DNA from: a virus
Taxonomy: Duplodnaviria > Heunggongvirae > Uroviricota > Caudoviricetes
Virus record (IMG/VR): IMGVR_UViG_3300022918_000010
DNA: 64,000 bases
Strand: one strand, 5' to 3'
Below the pieces are notes generated by a model, which worked only from the letters and a program-made list of their open reading frames with translations, ran no database searches and was not told the DNA's origin. Shown here piece after piece: positions 27,966-37,326 of the stretch (within the stretch, counting starts at the first letter, position 1; every line of letters starts with the position of its first letter). Position numbers and translations under genes: made by a program.

Positions 27966-28303
27966 CACAACAAATTGAAGAAGGTCAAATAGTATATAGA
28001 TTCTCAACTGGTATGTATCCAAAAATTGAAGAATGGAAGGTAACTGGTTTAACACCTGAAGTTACTTCATTTGAGTATCAACATAGTAAAATAACTAGAA
28101 ATACAGAGACAGTTAATAGTTACATTGATAATATAGCTTATTTATACAATTCTTTTTATACTACAAAACAGAAGTGTATTGAGGGTATTGAAGCACATAG
28201 TGTATTGATGAAAAACAATTATATTAAGAAACAACAACAAATGCAAGGTAAAATTGATAGAATCAATGATTACTTAACAAATATTAAACTTAAAAATAAA
28301 TAA
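27962..28303 (+). CDS. hypothetical protein
   Basis: ORF track. Confidence 0.5.
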   Translation: MTQQIEEGQIVYRFSTGMYPKIEEWKVTGLTPEVTSFEYQHSKITRNTETVNSYIDNIAYLYNSFYTTKQKCIEGIEAHSVLMKNNYIKKQQQMQGKIDRINDYLTNIKLKNK

Positions 28304-28304
28304 T

Positions 28305-28616
28305 ATGAAAACTACAATTAGAGAAGTGTTTATGCACTCAAAACCTAAGAAAAATGTAAAACGTTCTAGAACTACTATTGCTGGTATTGTCAATTATGAA
28401 GAACAGACAATTTCATTACATGGTGCTAGAAATAATACTTCTGTAGGAGAAACATTTAAAAGAGAAATAGGAAGACAGGTTGCTCTAGGTAGAGCTAGAA
28501 AACATCCAATTAAAGTTGTTCCTTTCAGTGATGCTAAAACAGTTAGAGATATTTTTAATGCTGAAGCAACTCAGTTAATTAAACACTCTCATAGACTTAA
28601 TCCTTTAGCGGATTAA
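28305..28616 (+). CDS. hypothetical protein
   Basis: ORF track. Confidence 0.5.
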   Translation: MKTTIREVFMHSKPKKNVKRSRTTIAGIVNYEEQTISLHGARNNTSVGETFKREIGRQVALGRARKHPIKVVPFSDAKTVRDIFNAEATQLIKHSHRLNPLAD

Positions 28617-28945
28617 TGATTTGGTATAAGTTGGTAGGTAAGAAAGTTGTACAAACAAATGAGCCTCCAGCTGGATCAGATATAATAAACGTTACAAATC
28701 TAGAAATACTAGATCATAAAGTTAAAGTATCTACAGTATTTTTAGCTATAGATCACAATCATTCTCGTACTGGACTCCCAATATTATTTGAAACAATGAT
28801 ATTTGGGGGTTCACATGATCAAGATCAATTCAGATATACATCATATGAAGCTGCTGAAAGAGGTCATGAACTAATAGTGAAATATATCACTGGTAGAATA
28901 TATGAGGATGAATTTTATAAATCAATTAACATTGAAGAGGCATAA
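28616..28945 (+). CDS. hypothetical protein
   Basis: ORF track. Confidence 0.5.
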   Translation: MIWYKLVGKKVVQTNEPPAGSDIINVTNLEILDHKVKVSTVFLAIDHNHSRTGLPILFETMIFGGSHDQDQFRYTSYEAAERGHELIVKYITGRIYEDEFYKSINIEEA

Positions 28946-28989
28946 GCCATTAAACATTAAATTAAAAAAAAATAAATTAAAAACAAGTT

Positions 28990-30084
28990 ATGGTAACTAC
29001 ACAAAACAAATCAGCATTGAAAGAGAAATTAGCTAAAATTAATGAGAAAGAAATCATTAAACCAGGAACACCTCCTGCTAGTGCAGCAGTAATTGATGCA
29101 TCAAAATTTGTATATATTGATCCAACTAAAAAAGCTTTAGAATTATCTTTTAATTGCAATGAGAATATCATTCTTTATGGTAAAGGTGGACATGGTAAGT
29201 CAGAACTTGTTGAATGGTTTTTACATAACAAAGGAATTACTCCATTTGTTAAAACTATGGGTGCTGGTACTACTACAGAAAGTCTATTTGGTGGTATGGA
29301 TATTAAAAAATTCAATGATACAGGTATGTTAGAGTACTTAGTTGAAAATTCATTCATGAATCATGAGTATGTGATTTTTGAAGAGTTAATGGATGCACCT
29401 GATTATATCTTAGAGCAATTGAAAGATATCATTACTTCTAAGAAATTTAGAAATGGTAGTCAAGTATTCCATATCAAAACTAAACTTATAATCTGCTGTA
29501 CTAACCGTACTAGGGATGAATTCTCTAAAAACGATTCATTAAAAGCATTGATGGAAAGGTTTCCTTTAGAGCAAAAAGTAGAATGGGATTCATATAATAG
29601 AACTACTTACGGATTCATGTTCAAAACACTATTTGGTAAAAACTATAAAACTCTTGAATATATCTTAGAGAAATTAGCTCAAGCAGATAGTATTGTATCA
29701 CCAAGGACTGCTGTTAAAGCAGCTAAAATTCTTGATGCAAATGGAGGTGATTATAGCTGTTTAGAATTTATTGCAGATTTTGCAGGTAAAAACCAGAAAA
29801 TGGTTCAAACTGAAATTGCTAAATACAAAACAGTTGAGCAAGTTGATGTTATTATTGATAGTGTTAAATCTATGATGACTCAATGTGATGCTCTTAAATT
29901 AGATACACTTGATAATATCAAAAATGTTAAAACATTATTGCGTAGTATTGATAGTGAAACTAAAACATTAAAAGCTAAAAAAGTTGATGATGATTTAATG
30001 AAAACTATTAATGCAAACACAAGTCAATTTGAGAATTATTTAGTAACTAAAGGTAAAGAGATTCAACATGCTACAGAAGGATAA
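28990..30084 (+). CDS. MoxR-like (AAA_5-type) AAA+ ATPase
   Basis: Walker A GKGGHGKS; FEELMDAPDYILEQLKDII resembles the MoxR DEINRA...LLEAM segment; paired with a downstream VWA gene. Confidence 0.6.
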   Translation: MVTTQNKSALKEKLAKINEKEIIKPGTPPASAAVIDASKFVYIDPTKKALELSFNCNENIILYGKGGHGKSELVEWFLHNKGITPFVKTMGAGTTTESLFGGMDIKKFNDTGMLEYLVENSFMNHEYVIFEELMDAPDYILEQLKDIITSKKFRNGSQVFHIKTKLIICCTNRTRDEFSKNDSLKALMERFPLEQKVEWDSYNRTTYGFMFKTLFGKNYKTLEYILEKLAQADSIVSPRTAVKAAKILDANGGDYSCLEFIADFAGKNQKMVQTEIAKYKTVEQVDVIIDSVKSMMTQCDALKLDTLDNIKNVKTLLRSIDSETKTLKAKKVDDDLMKTINANTSQFENYLVTKGKEIQHATEG

Positions 30085-31312
30085 TAAGAAGTTTTATATT
30101 AATGACCATGATTGGTATTGGACACCAAGTGAGTGGAATGTTGAGTGGAGATTAAAAATGAGAAAGTTGGGCATTAATAATGTCCACTTTGCTCAAGAAT
30201 TATCTAGATTTTATTATCATAAGATGATTCAAGAAAAAGAATATGTTGATCCATATTTTGCAGATGAAACTAAACTTAATGCATTTGAGTTAGAACAAGC
30301 TAACCAGTCAAAGGAGTTTTATGCAAAAATGTGGGACAAATATGTTCCTGGAATGTCTCCTTTAGATAAGGCTTTAAATTTATTAGCTTTACTAAAGAAA
30401 CAACATGATGCATCTGGTGGAGTTGGTGGTCAAAGAGGAAGAAATGAGTTAATGGATGTAGATATTGAGAAAGCTTTGGAACATGTCCCTGAGAAAGAGA
30501 TATTTGAATCCTCTACTCTAAATGAAATCTTTGATCGTAAAGAAGGTTTGGATGACTTTGATAAGAAAATCAATCTTATGAATAAGATTGCTATGGTTGA
30601 AAAGTTTGGTAAAACCTTTGATGTAAAGAAAATCATCTCTGAGAAAAGAGTAACTAATTCTCGTATACACAAACAGAAAAGAATGGTTGAGTATGAAGAA
30701 TTAATTAATTCTCCTTTGTATCAAAAAATACTTCCTAATTATCAAGCCAAATTAATCAGTAAAGATCTAGTAATTAATACTCCTGTAGTATATGAAGAAT
30801 CTAAACAAAAGATTATTATTTTGGTAGATTATAGTGGTAGTATGTCAATGATACAGAAACAAGACTGGGTTTTATCTATATTAGCAGATAGACTTAGATA
30901 TTGTGTCAAAGAGGAGTGTGAGATTTTCTTTAGTTTCTTTTTAACTGCACGTGATGTAAAGAACAAAAACTTTAAATTCACACACATTTATAATAGAGAA
31001 ACAGCTCTTAAGTTCTTCAAAGAATTGAGTACTGCTCCTTCTGGTGGTGACACTGAAGTTGGACATGTAATTGAATTAATCAGAGAAGAGATTATGGACA
31101 ATAAACGTCTATTTAATCTTGATGTTGATTTATCTTTTGAGAAACCTGAAATCTTAGTGATTAATGATGGTCAAGATAGTGTTAAAACTGATAAGTTAAC
31201 ATGGAAGACCAATGCAATTACCTTATATGGTAATAATCCTGAATTAGAAGCCTTATGTAAAAAGACAGGTGGAAAATTTATATCTATTGATGGTAAACAA
31301 GATCATTACTAA
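30068..31312 (+). CDS. von Willebrand factor A (VWA) domain protein
   Basis: C-terminal MIDAS motif ILVDYSGSMS; coupled to the ATPase. Confidence 0.6.
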   Translation: MLQKDNKKFYINDHDWYWTPSEWNVEWRLKMRKLGINNVHFAQELSRFYYHKMIQEKEYVDPYFADETKLNAFELEQANQSKEFYAKMWDKYVPGMSPLDKALNLLALLKKQHDASGGVGGQRGRNELMDVDIEKALEHVPEKEIFESSTLNEIFDRKEGLDDFDKKINLMNKIAMVEKFGKTFDVKKIISEKRVTNSRIHKQKRMVEYEELINSPLYQKILPNYQAKLISKDLVINTPVVYEESKQKIIILVDYSGSMSMIQKQDWVLSILADRLRYCVKEECEIFFSFFLTARDVKNKNFKFTHIYNRETALKFFKELSTAPSGGDTEVGHVIELIREEIMDNKRLFNLDVDLSFEKPEILVINDGQDSVKTDKLTWKTNAITLYGNNPELEALCKKTGGKFISIDGKQDHY

Positions 31313-31695
31313 TGATCATAAGCTGGTATGGAGAAATCTGTACCAGCTTTTTAATTATGAACAAAAAAGTACCAGTGATTCTTAAAATAGTAAACAAGGA
31401 ATTTGTTGTAGAGTTTGAGGATCAGATTATAAAAATAGAAAATATTGGCTGGGTAAGTGAATCAATCCAAATTATTATGGATCATATACCACGTAAGTAT
31501 AAACCTATTACAGAAGATGATTTAATCAGTATAGTAGAGGATGGAGGTGAGTGTTATCTTGAACTTGTTGAAGTTAGAAATAAAGCTAAAACATGGGAAG
31601 GAAGTGCAATTAATTCATTTACTACAGAAGAACCTATTTACACAGATGAGATAAAATTAATTGAGAACAAAATGGTACTTCACTATAAAAACTAA
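31312..31695 (+). CDS. hypothetical protein
   Basis: ORF track; TAATG overlap. Confidence 0.45.
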   Translation: MIISWYGEICTSFLIMNKKVPVILKIVNKEFVVEFEDQIIKIENIGWVSESIQIIMDHIPRKYKPITEDDLISIVEDGGECYLELVEVRNKAKTWEGSAINSFTTEEPIYTDEIKLIENKMVLHYKN

Positions 31696-31697
31696 GT

Positions 31698-31898
31698 ATG
31701 AATCCATTAGAATGGTTAAAAAGGAAGTTACTTCCTGAATATTATAAACAACTAGATGAAATAACAAAAGACAGAGATAATTTGACTAAAGTAGTTAAAG
31801 ATCTAGAGGAAAGAAACAAAAATTGTCAAGAAAATATCAATAAGACTAATTCATACTGGAAAGGTGTAATTAGAACTAAAAAAGGAAGTAAACTATAG
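31698..31898 (+). CDS. hypothetical small protein
   Basis: ORF track. Confidence 0.4.
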   Translation: MNPLEWLKRKLLPEYYKQLDEITKDRDNLTKVVKDLEERNKNCQENINKTNSYWKGVIRTKKGSKL

Positions 31899-31978
31899 CT
31901 ATATTCTCCCGTTAGATAAACTCATCTATTGCTAATACAGTTAATAGAGTTTACATTTATGATACAAATTATCATCAA

Positions 31979-32233
31979 ATGACTTATTCATTAAAAAACG
32001 GGACAACTATTGAGATGTCTGTAGAACAATATTTAAACATGTCAGATTCAGAATTAGATTATTTAAATAGTACCTATCATGGTGACTATATAGAGAATCC
32101 TTGGCATGGTTCAGTATTAGGAAGACAGATACCAGATGATATAGAAGAAGAAATTCTTGAAGATCTTACTTCTGTAACAGATGAAGAAAAGCTATTAGAT
32201 CCAGATATTGACATAGATTTATTTATGGAATAA
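31979..32233 (+). CDS. hypothetical acidic protein
   Basis: ORF track. Confidence 0.45.
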   Translation: MTYSLKNGTTIEMSVEQYLNMSDSELDYLNSTYHGDYIENPWHGSVLGRQIPDDIEEEILEDLTSVTDEEKLLDPDIDIDLFME

Positions 32234-32234
32234 A

Positions 32235-32717
32235 ATGAGAAGTCCAGTAACAATAACTGCTGATGTTACTGGGGCAATTATAGGAATATCACCTAATAAT
32301 CCAGAGTATGGTTATATTAGGGTAGAACAGAACACTCCTTTAATTAGTAACAAAGGTTGGTTAACCTTTGATCCCAGATCAGCATTAATTAAAGGTACAT
32401 TAGATGATTTAAAGAAAGCTAAATATAGAGATGGACAAGAATTAGAAGGAAGAATAGTAATTAAAGAATCTTTAATACCATTCAATACTGAAGATCCTGA
32501 TCATGATCTAAAAATAGCTGGAAATACAGGAATTATATGTACTTTTCAAGGTGATCCAATTTATAGACAAGTTGTATATACACCAGATTTTAATGACAAA
32601 GATGAGTTAATTCAACATGATAATGGTGAAGAGATAAGAAAAGAAATAGCTTATCTAAAAAAGATGGGTAGATACTACTCAGATAATGTAGTAAATGGTG
32701 ATACCATAACAGAATAA
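32235..32717 (+). CDS. hypothetical protein
   Basis: ORF track. Confidence 0.5.
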   Translation: MRSPVTITADVTGAIIGISPNNPEYGYIRVEQNTPLISNKGWLTFDPRSALIKGTLDDLKKAKYRDGQELEGRIVIKESLIPFNTEDPDHDLKIAGNTGIICTFQGDPIYRQVVYTPDFNDKDELIQHDNGEEIRKEIAYLKKMGRYYSDNVVNGDTITE

Positions 32718-32723
32718 TACCAG

Positions 32724-32760
32724 AATGGGGTTTGTAGGAATACAGCCCCATTTATTTTTT
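32724..32760 (+). terminator. rho-independent terminator
   Basis: AATGGGG-loop-CCCCATT followed by TTATTTTTT; overlaps the ATG of track ORF 32725. Confidence 0.6.
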
Positions 32761-32784
32761 ATACTAACTATAAATCCATGTAAC

Positions 32785-33300
32785 ATGAAACACAATCCTA
32801 ACAAAGCTATTTCAGCAAACAGTCGTGGTATAACAATATCATATACTGACACATGTAAACACTTTAATCTACCTTATGAAAAAGAATCAATATTAAATAG
32901 TATTCAGTTACATGGAAATAAATACAAAGGTAAGTTCTATCAAAATAAAGCTCAACAACAAGCTTATAGAGTAGCATTGTATGGATTATCTGTATTTACT
33001 CCCGAAGAAGTTAAAGAAATCCCATTCCTAAAGAAGGCTAAAATTACAAACAATCAACAAAAAGTACAACAATTTCTTGATAAGTGGAAACAAGAAATAT
33101 GTCATCAAAAATTAGGTAGTTTTCTTACTACTTTCTTTTCACATAGTAAACTAGCATCTGAATTAGCTAATTATGATTATTATGATTCAAATAATAAGAA
33201 TAAATTAGATTTTAAAGAGTTAGGTATTACAAAAGATATGATAGTTAAAAAGCTTATATTAGCTAAGTTATTACCAAATAACTATTATGAATTAAAATAA
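32785..33300 (+). CDS. hypothetical protein
   Basis: track ORF 32725 trimmed to ATG 32785 downstream of the terminator. Confidence 0.45.
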   Translation: MKHNPNKAISANSRGITISYTDTCKHFNLPYEKESILNSIQLHGNKYKGKFYQNKAQQQAYRVALYGLSVFTPEEVKEIPFLKKAKITNNQQKVQQFLDKWKQEICHQKLGSFLTTFFSHSKLASELANYDYYDSNNKNKLDFKELGITKDMIVKKLILAKLLPNNYYELK

Positions 33301-33465
33301 ATACTTATAGAAAATAAGAAAAAACTATGCTACGGATGTAAACTAGAAAAGTTCATCTGGTCAAGCAAACTGGGTGAGAAGTATTGTATTTCATGTTGGA
33401 ATAAACTGAAATTAGATACTAAAGAGGCTGTAGATTCATATGAAACTCCAGTCTCTACTCAACCT

Positions 33466-33804
33466 ATGAAATATAAACCATTGAAGAGGACTAAGTTCCC
33501 TAAAATAGTTTCATTAAAGAGAAAGATAGAACAAAAAGAATATGGTATAGAAAGATTATTATTTTTAGTAGCAAATCCTATATGTGCAGCTAATATAAGA
33601 TTTATATGTACACATGAATCAACGGAAGTACATCACTCAAGAGGTAGAGTTGGTGATTTGTATTTGGATAAAAAATGGTGGAAACCTTTATGTCATGCAT
33701 GTCATGAATATTGTGAGCTTCACCCTAAAGAAGCTAAAGAATTAGGTATAAGTTATAATAGATTAGATAAATACAATGAAGATGAAGATGAAGATAAGGA
33801 ATGA
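33466..33804 (+). CDS. HNH-like endonuclease (probable)
   Basis: C-x8-C...HHSRGR...CHACH pattern; upstream same-frame sequence encodes a CxxC...CxxC ribbon (see findings). Confidence 0.45.
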   Translation: MKYKPLKRTKFPKIVSLKRKIEQKEYGIERLLFLVANPICAANIRFICTHESTEVHHSRGRVGDLYLDKKWWKPLCHACHEYCELHPKEAKELGISYNRLDKYNEDEDEDKE

Positions 33805-34030
33805 AGTACATACTAGAATAAAGTTTGCATCACAACAGTATTATAAACATTTAACTAATGCTGCATATAATTTACCAACAGATAATAAGAAAATTGATTT
33901 AACTGCATATAGAAGATTAAGTGGTATTGGAGTAAAAGAATTACCATATAAATTATTAAAAGCAGTTAATATATATAATCATTATACTAAAGAGTATAAT
34001 GATACACTAGATAAAATAAATTCACAATGA
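33776..34030 (+). CDS. hypothetical protein
   Basis: ORF track. Confidence 0.45.
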   Translation: MKMKMKIRNEVHTRIKFASQQYYKHLTNAAYNLPTDNKKIDLTAYRRLSGIGVKELPYKLLKAVNIYNHYTKEYNDTLDKINSQ

Positions 34031-34275
34031 AAAATGAAATATTAGTATGTGAATGTTCTAGCTTAGAACATATGGTAGTTATTAGATATGATGATGAAGA
34101 TGTATATTTAGGTGTACATCTAACTAAGAGATCTTTTTTAGATAGACTTAAGTATGGTATTAAATATATATTTGGATACCAATCTACATATGGGGCTTTT
34201 GAAGAAGTAATACTTCATAAAGATCATTTAGAAGGATTTGAAAATATTGTTAAAGAATTAAAGTTTAAACAATAA
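34027..34275 (+). CDS. hypothetical protein
   Basis: ORF track. Confidence 0.45.
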   Translation: MKNEILVCECSSLEHMVVIRYDDEDVYLGVHLTKRSFLDRLKYGIKYIFGYQSTYGAFEEVILHKDHLEGFENIVKELKFKQ

Positions 34276-34598
34276 TGATAGAATTTAGATATATAAAAAC
34301 AGGTAATGCTTATATGCCTCAATATAAACAAGCTGAGTTTGAAAATGAGTGGAGATATTTTACTGAAAAAACTTTAGGTGAAAAGACTTTAATAAGAAGA
34401 TTAGCAGCTGGATTAGCAGAACTTAATATTATTACACAAAGTAGATTTGAAAGTAGATGGGATAGTGTTAAATCAGGTCCATATTTTATAATGACTGATA
34501 ATAAACAAGTATATTTTCTAGAGGAGCATTTAGTATGTGCATTTTTAGGTGGAGCTAAATCCTACTATAGTAAAGAAATAAAAGAATTTGATTCATGA
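34275..34598 (+). CDS. hypothetical protein
   Basis: ORF track. Confidence 0.5.
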   Translation: MIEFRYIKTGNAYMPQYKQAEFENEWRYFTEKTLGEKTLIRRLAAGLAELNIITQSRFESRWDSVKSGPYFIMTDNKQVYFLEEHLVCAFLGGAKSYYSKEIKEFDS

Positions 34599-34828
34599 AA
34601 GTTAAAGTAACAAAAATATTAGATGATAAGTTTAATGATAATCATCCTAATAAAATAAATACTGGTTATGAAAAGACTGGAGATATGATTAATAGCGAAT
34701 TAAGAGTTGGAGAATGTGTTATGATTTTAACCCTTGGTACATGGTTTTCTACTTCTCCTATAGAAGAGATTATTGATAACTCTACATTTAAAACTGCTAA
34801 TTCAACATATAAAATAGAATACTTATGA
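34595..34828 (+). CDS. hypothetical protein
   Basis: ORF track. Confidence 0.45.
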   Translation: MKVKVTKILDDKFNDNHPNKINTGYEKTGDMINSELRVGECVMILTLGTWFSTSPIEEIIDNSTFKTANSTYKIEYL

Positions 34829-35214
34829 TTGAGAATAGACAATATATTAAAGCTATAGAATTAGAAAAAGGTGAATATAATTCTTTAGATGAATTAAGTA
34901 AAGAAGTATTACAGATCTATAATGATGGTCTTAAAGATATCTATATAACATATCCACCTGATGAATTTCAATTTGAATATGTTCTTAATATAGCTGGAAA
35001 TGAAAATGATGCTTATATAGAAGTTGATTTTTATAGATCTGAAAATAAAGATGAAAAGATTAAAAGAGAAAAATATGAAGCTGATAAAATTCAGAAACAA
35101 CTAGATAGAGAAAGAGCTATTAAAGTGAGAGAAACCAGATTACAATTGGCTCAAGATGACCCTGATTATATTCAATATAATAAGTTATATGAAAAATTTA
35201 AAGATATATTATGA
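34825..35214 (+). CDS. hypothetical protein
   Basis: ORF track. Confidence 0.5.
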   Translation: MIENRQYIKAIELEKGEYNSLDELSKEVLQIYNDGLKDIYITYPPDEFQFEYVLNIAGNENDAYIEVDFYRSENKDEKIKREKYEADKIQKQLDRERAIKVRETRLQLAQDDPDYIQYNKLYEKFKDIL

Positions 35215-35435
35215 CACTAGGAGAATTAAGGCAACATATAGATAACATACTTATAGATGACCCATCTAAGAATGATTTAAGAGTAGTAATATCAACTAAT
35301 GATGATAGTGTAGGACCATCTTCTTCTGCTAATATAGTTATGTTACATGAGGGATTCGACTGGGATTCTGGAACTGTATTTATATATACAGAACATATGT
35401 TAGTGAAAGATAATGGAAGAAATAGAAGTAAGTAA
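35211..35435 (+). CDS. hypothetical protein
   Basis: ORF track. Confidence 0.45.
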   Translation: MTLGELRQHIDNILIDDPSKNDLRVVISTNDDSVGPSSSANIVMLHEGFDWDSGTVFIYTEHMLVKDNGRNRSK

Positions 35436-35859
35436 AAATATATTTAATGATATAGAAAATGTAGAATCTCATGTAAATGAATATAAAGAGTTTTATCTTA
35501 GTAAAGGTATAGTATTATCAACCATAAAAATAAAACCTCATGGTTGGAATCAGATTGAAGTTATTTGCAATAGAGAATTAACTGAAGAGTTAAAAGAAGA
35601 AATACGTATTAAGAAAGAAGCTGATCTTATTAAACAACAAGAACGTTTAAAAGCTCTATCTGAAAAAATGTCTAAAGCAGCAAAGAAAGGTTGGATTAAA
35701 AGACATGAAAGAGAAACTAAAGAAAGAGAAAAACGTAATGAAGCAGCTAGAAAGTATGCTGAAAAACAGTTGATTAAAAGACAAGCTAAAGAAGCAGAAA
35801 AATTAAGAATACAACAAGAAAAAGATTTCTTACATAAGTTATTATACGAAGAAGAGTAA
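35413..35859 (+). CDS. Lys/Glu-rich coiled-coil protein
   Basis: KE-rich C-terminal half. Confidence 0.45.
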   Translation: MEEIEVSKNIFNDIENVESHVNEYKEFYLSKGIVLSTIKIKPHGWNQIEVICNRELTEELKEEIRIKKEADLIKQQERLKALSEKMSKAAKKGWIKRHERETKEREKRNEAARKYAEKQLIKRQAKEAEKLRIQQEKDFLHKLLYEEE

Positions 35860-35861
35860 TT

Positions 35862-36599
35862 ATGAAAGTATATATTTATAAAAATAAAGAAATAGAAACT
35901 GATTGGATTTTTGCAGCATATAAAGGTTTTCGGGAATTACAAGCAGAAATTATATTCTTTACTAATGTAAATGATATACCTTATGCTCCTGATAATATAG
36001 TAGTAGCTGATGTAGAACCTACTATTGAATATATGGATAAGCATAATATAAAATATCCAAGACCTTTAAATATACCAGCATGTCTAAGAGAAGATGATTA
36101 TTTACAAAGAAAAGTAAAAACTCTAACACTCAAACAGGTTGCTGCTATTACTACACCTGTCTTTATTAAACCATTTGAAAAAGTTAAACAGTTTTCTTCA
36201 GGTGTTATTAAACATGGATCTAATATTCATTATTTAATTGATCAACCAGATGCTACTGCTGTTTTTGTATCTAATATTATAGATATAGTATCTGAATGGA
36301 GAGGATTTGTATATAATAAAGAATTAGTAGGATTAAAACATTATAGTGGTCAATTTGATAAATTTCCAGATATAGCAATTATAGATAAAATGATTTATAG
36401 ATATAAAGGTTTTGCATATTCTCCTATAGCATATACTATAGATGTAGCAGTAATAAGTACTCCTAATCCTCAAAAAACTGTACTAATTGAATGTAATGAT
36501 TTTTGGAGTATAGGACATTATGGATTAGATCCACTAACATATGCTAAAATGCTAAGAGATAGGTGGTTTCAAATGACAGAATATAGAAAATGGACTTAA
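35862..36599 (+). CDS. ATP-grasp-like enzyme (tentative)
   Basis: VFIKP...EWRGFV...DVAV...VLIECNDFWSIGHYG resembles the ATP-grasp core. Confidence 0.4.
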   Translation: MKVYIYKNKEIETDWIFAAYKGFRELQAEIIFFTNVNDIPYAPDNIVVADVEPTIEYMDKHNIKYPRPLNIPACLREDDYLQRKVKTLTLKQVAAITTPVFIKPFEKVKQFSSGVIKHGSNIHYLIDQPDATAVFVSNIIDIVSEWRGFVYNKELVGLKHYSGQFDKFPDIAIIDKMIYRYKGFAYSPIAYTIDVAVISTPNPQKTVLIECNDFWSIGHYGLDPLTYAKMLRDRWFQMTEYRKWT

Positions 36600-36940
36600 A
36601 GGTTATTAAAGAAAAATGTCCTAATGCATACAGTAACTTCAAATTTTGGAAAGATAAAGAAGTAACTAGTGGAAGCAGACATTTCGTTATAGTAAGAGAT
36701 TTATATACATTCTTTGATAAGAAAAGAATATGGATTGAAGTATGTCCTGAATATAACTTTGGAGAAGAGTATGTAAATATTAAAAGATGGTTTTTTACTA
36801 TTAATAATGGTACATCCTTTAAAGGACAATCTTCAGATAACAAACCTTATGAGAGTAGAAAAGAATGTGAAGAAGCTGCTTTTTATAGTAGCTTTTTTAT
36901 ATTAGAGCAAAACATACTTAATAAAAAGAAAAAGATATGA
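36590..36940 (+). CDS. hypothetical protein
   Basis: ORF track. Confidence 0.45.
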   Translation: MDLKVIKEKCPNAYSNFKFWKDKEVTSGSRHFVIVRDLYTFFDKKRIWIEVCPEYNFGEEYVNIKRWFFTINNGTSFKGQSSDNKPYESRKECEEAAFYSSFFILEQNILNKKKKI

Positions 36941-37326
36941 AGAAGGTAGAAAAGAAGAAGTATGAAGAGTATGCTGATGTTCCTCCAGGAGAGAATGTTA
37001 TAAGGAAGAAAGTACCTAAACCATGGCAATTAGAAGCTATGATGATAGATGAAAATGTAGTTAAAGAACATGCTTTCTTTTATAAAGAGTTTAAAAAAGA
37101 TACTTGGGTTAAAGACTCATGGTTTAGTAATATGCTATCAGTTAAACACTGTATAGAACAAATGAATAAATTAGCTAGAACTACAATGTTAGCTGGTAAA
37201 GGTAAAACTGCAATTAATGAACATTGGAGGTTTGCTGGAAGAAAGTTTAGAGTAGTAAATACAGAAACAAAAGAAATCGTATCTTTGTTAAATACAGATA
37301 CAGAATTCTATGCAGAATCAGAATAG
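36937..37326 (+). CDS. hypothetical protein
   Basis: ORF track. Confidence 0.5.
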   Translation: MKKVEKKKYEEYADVPPGENVIRKKVPKPWQLEAMMIDENVVKEHAFFYKEFKKDTWVKDSWFSNMLSVKHCIEQMNKLARTTMLAGKGKTAINEHWRFAGRKFRVVNTETKEIVSLLNTDTEFYAESE

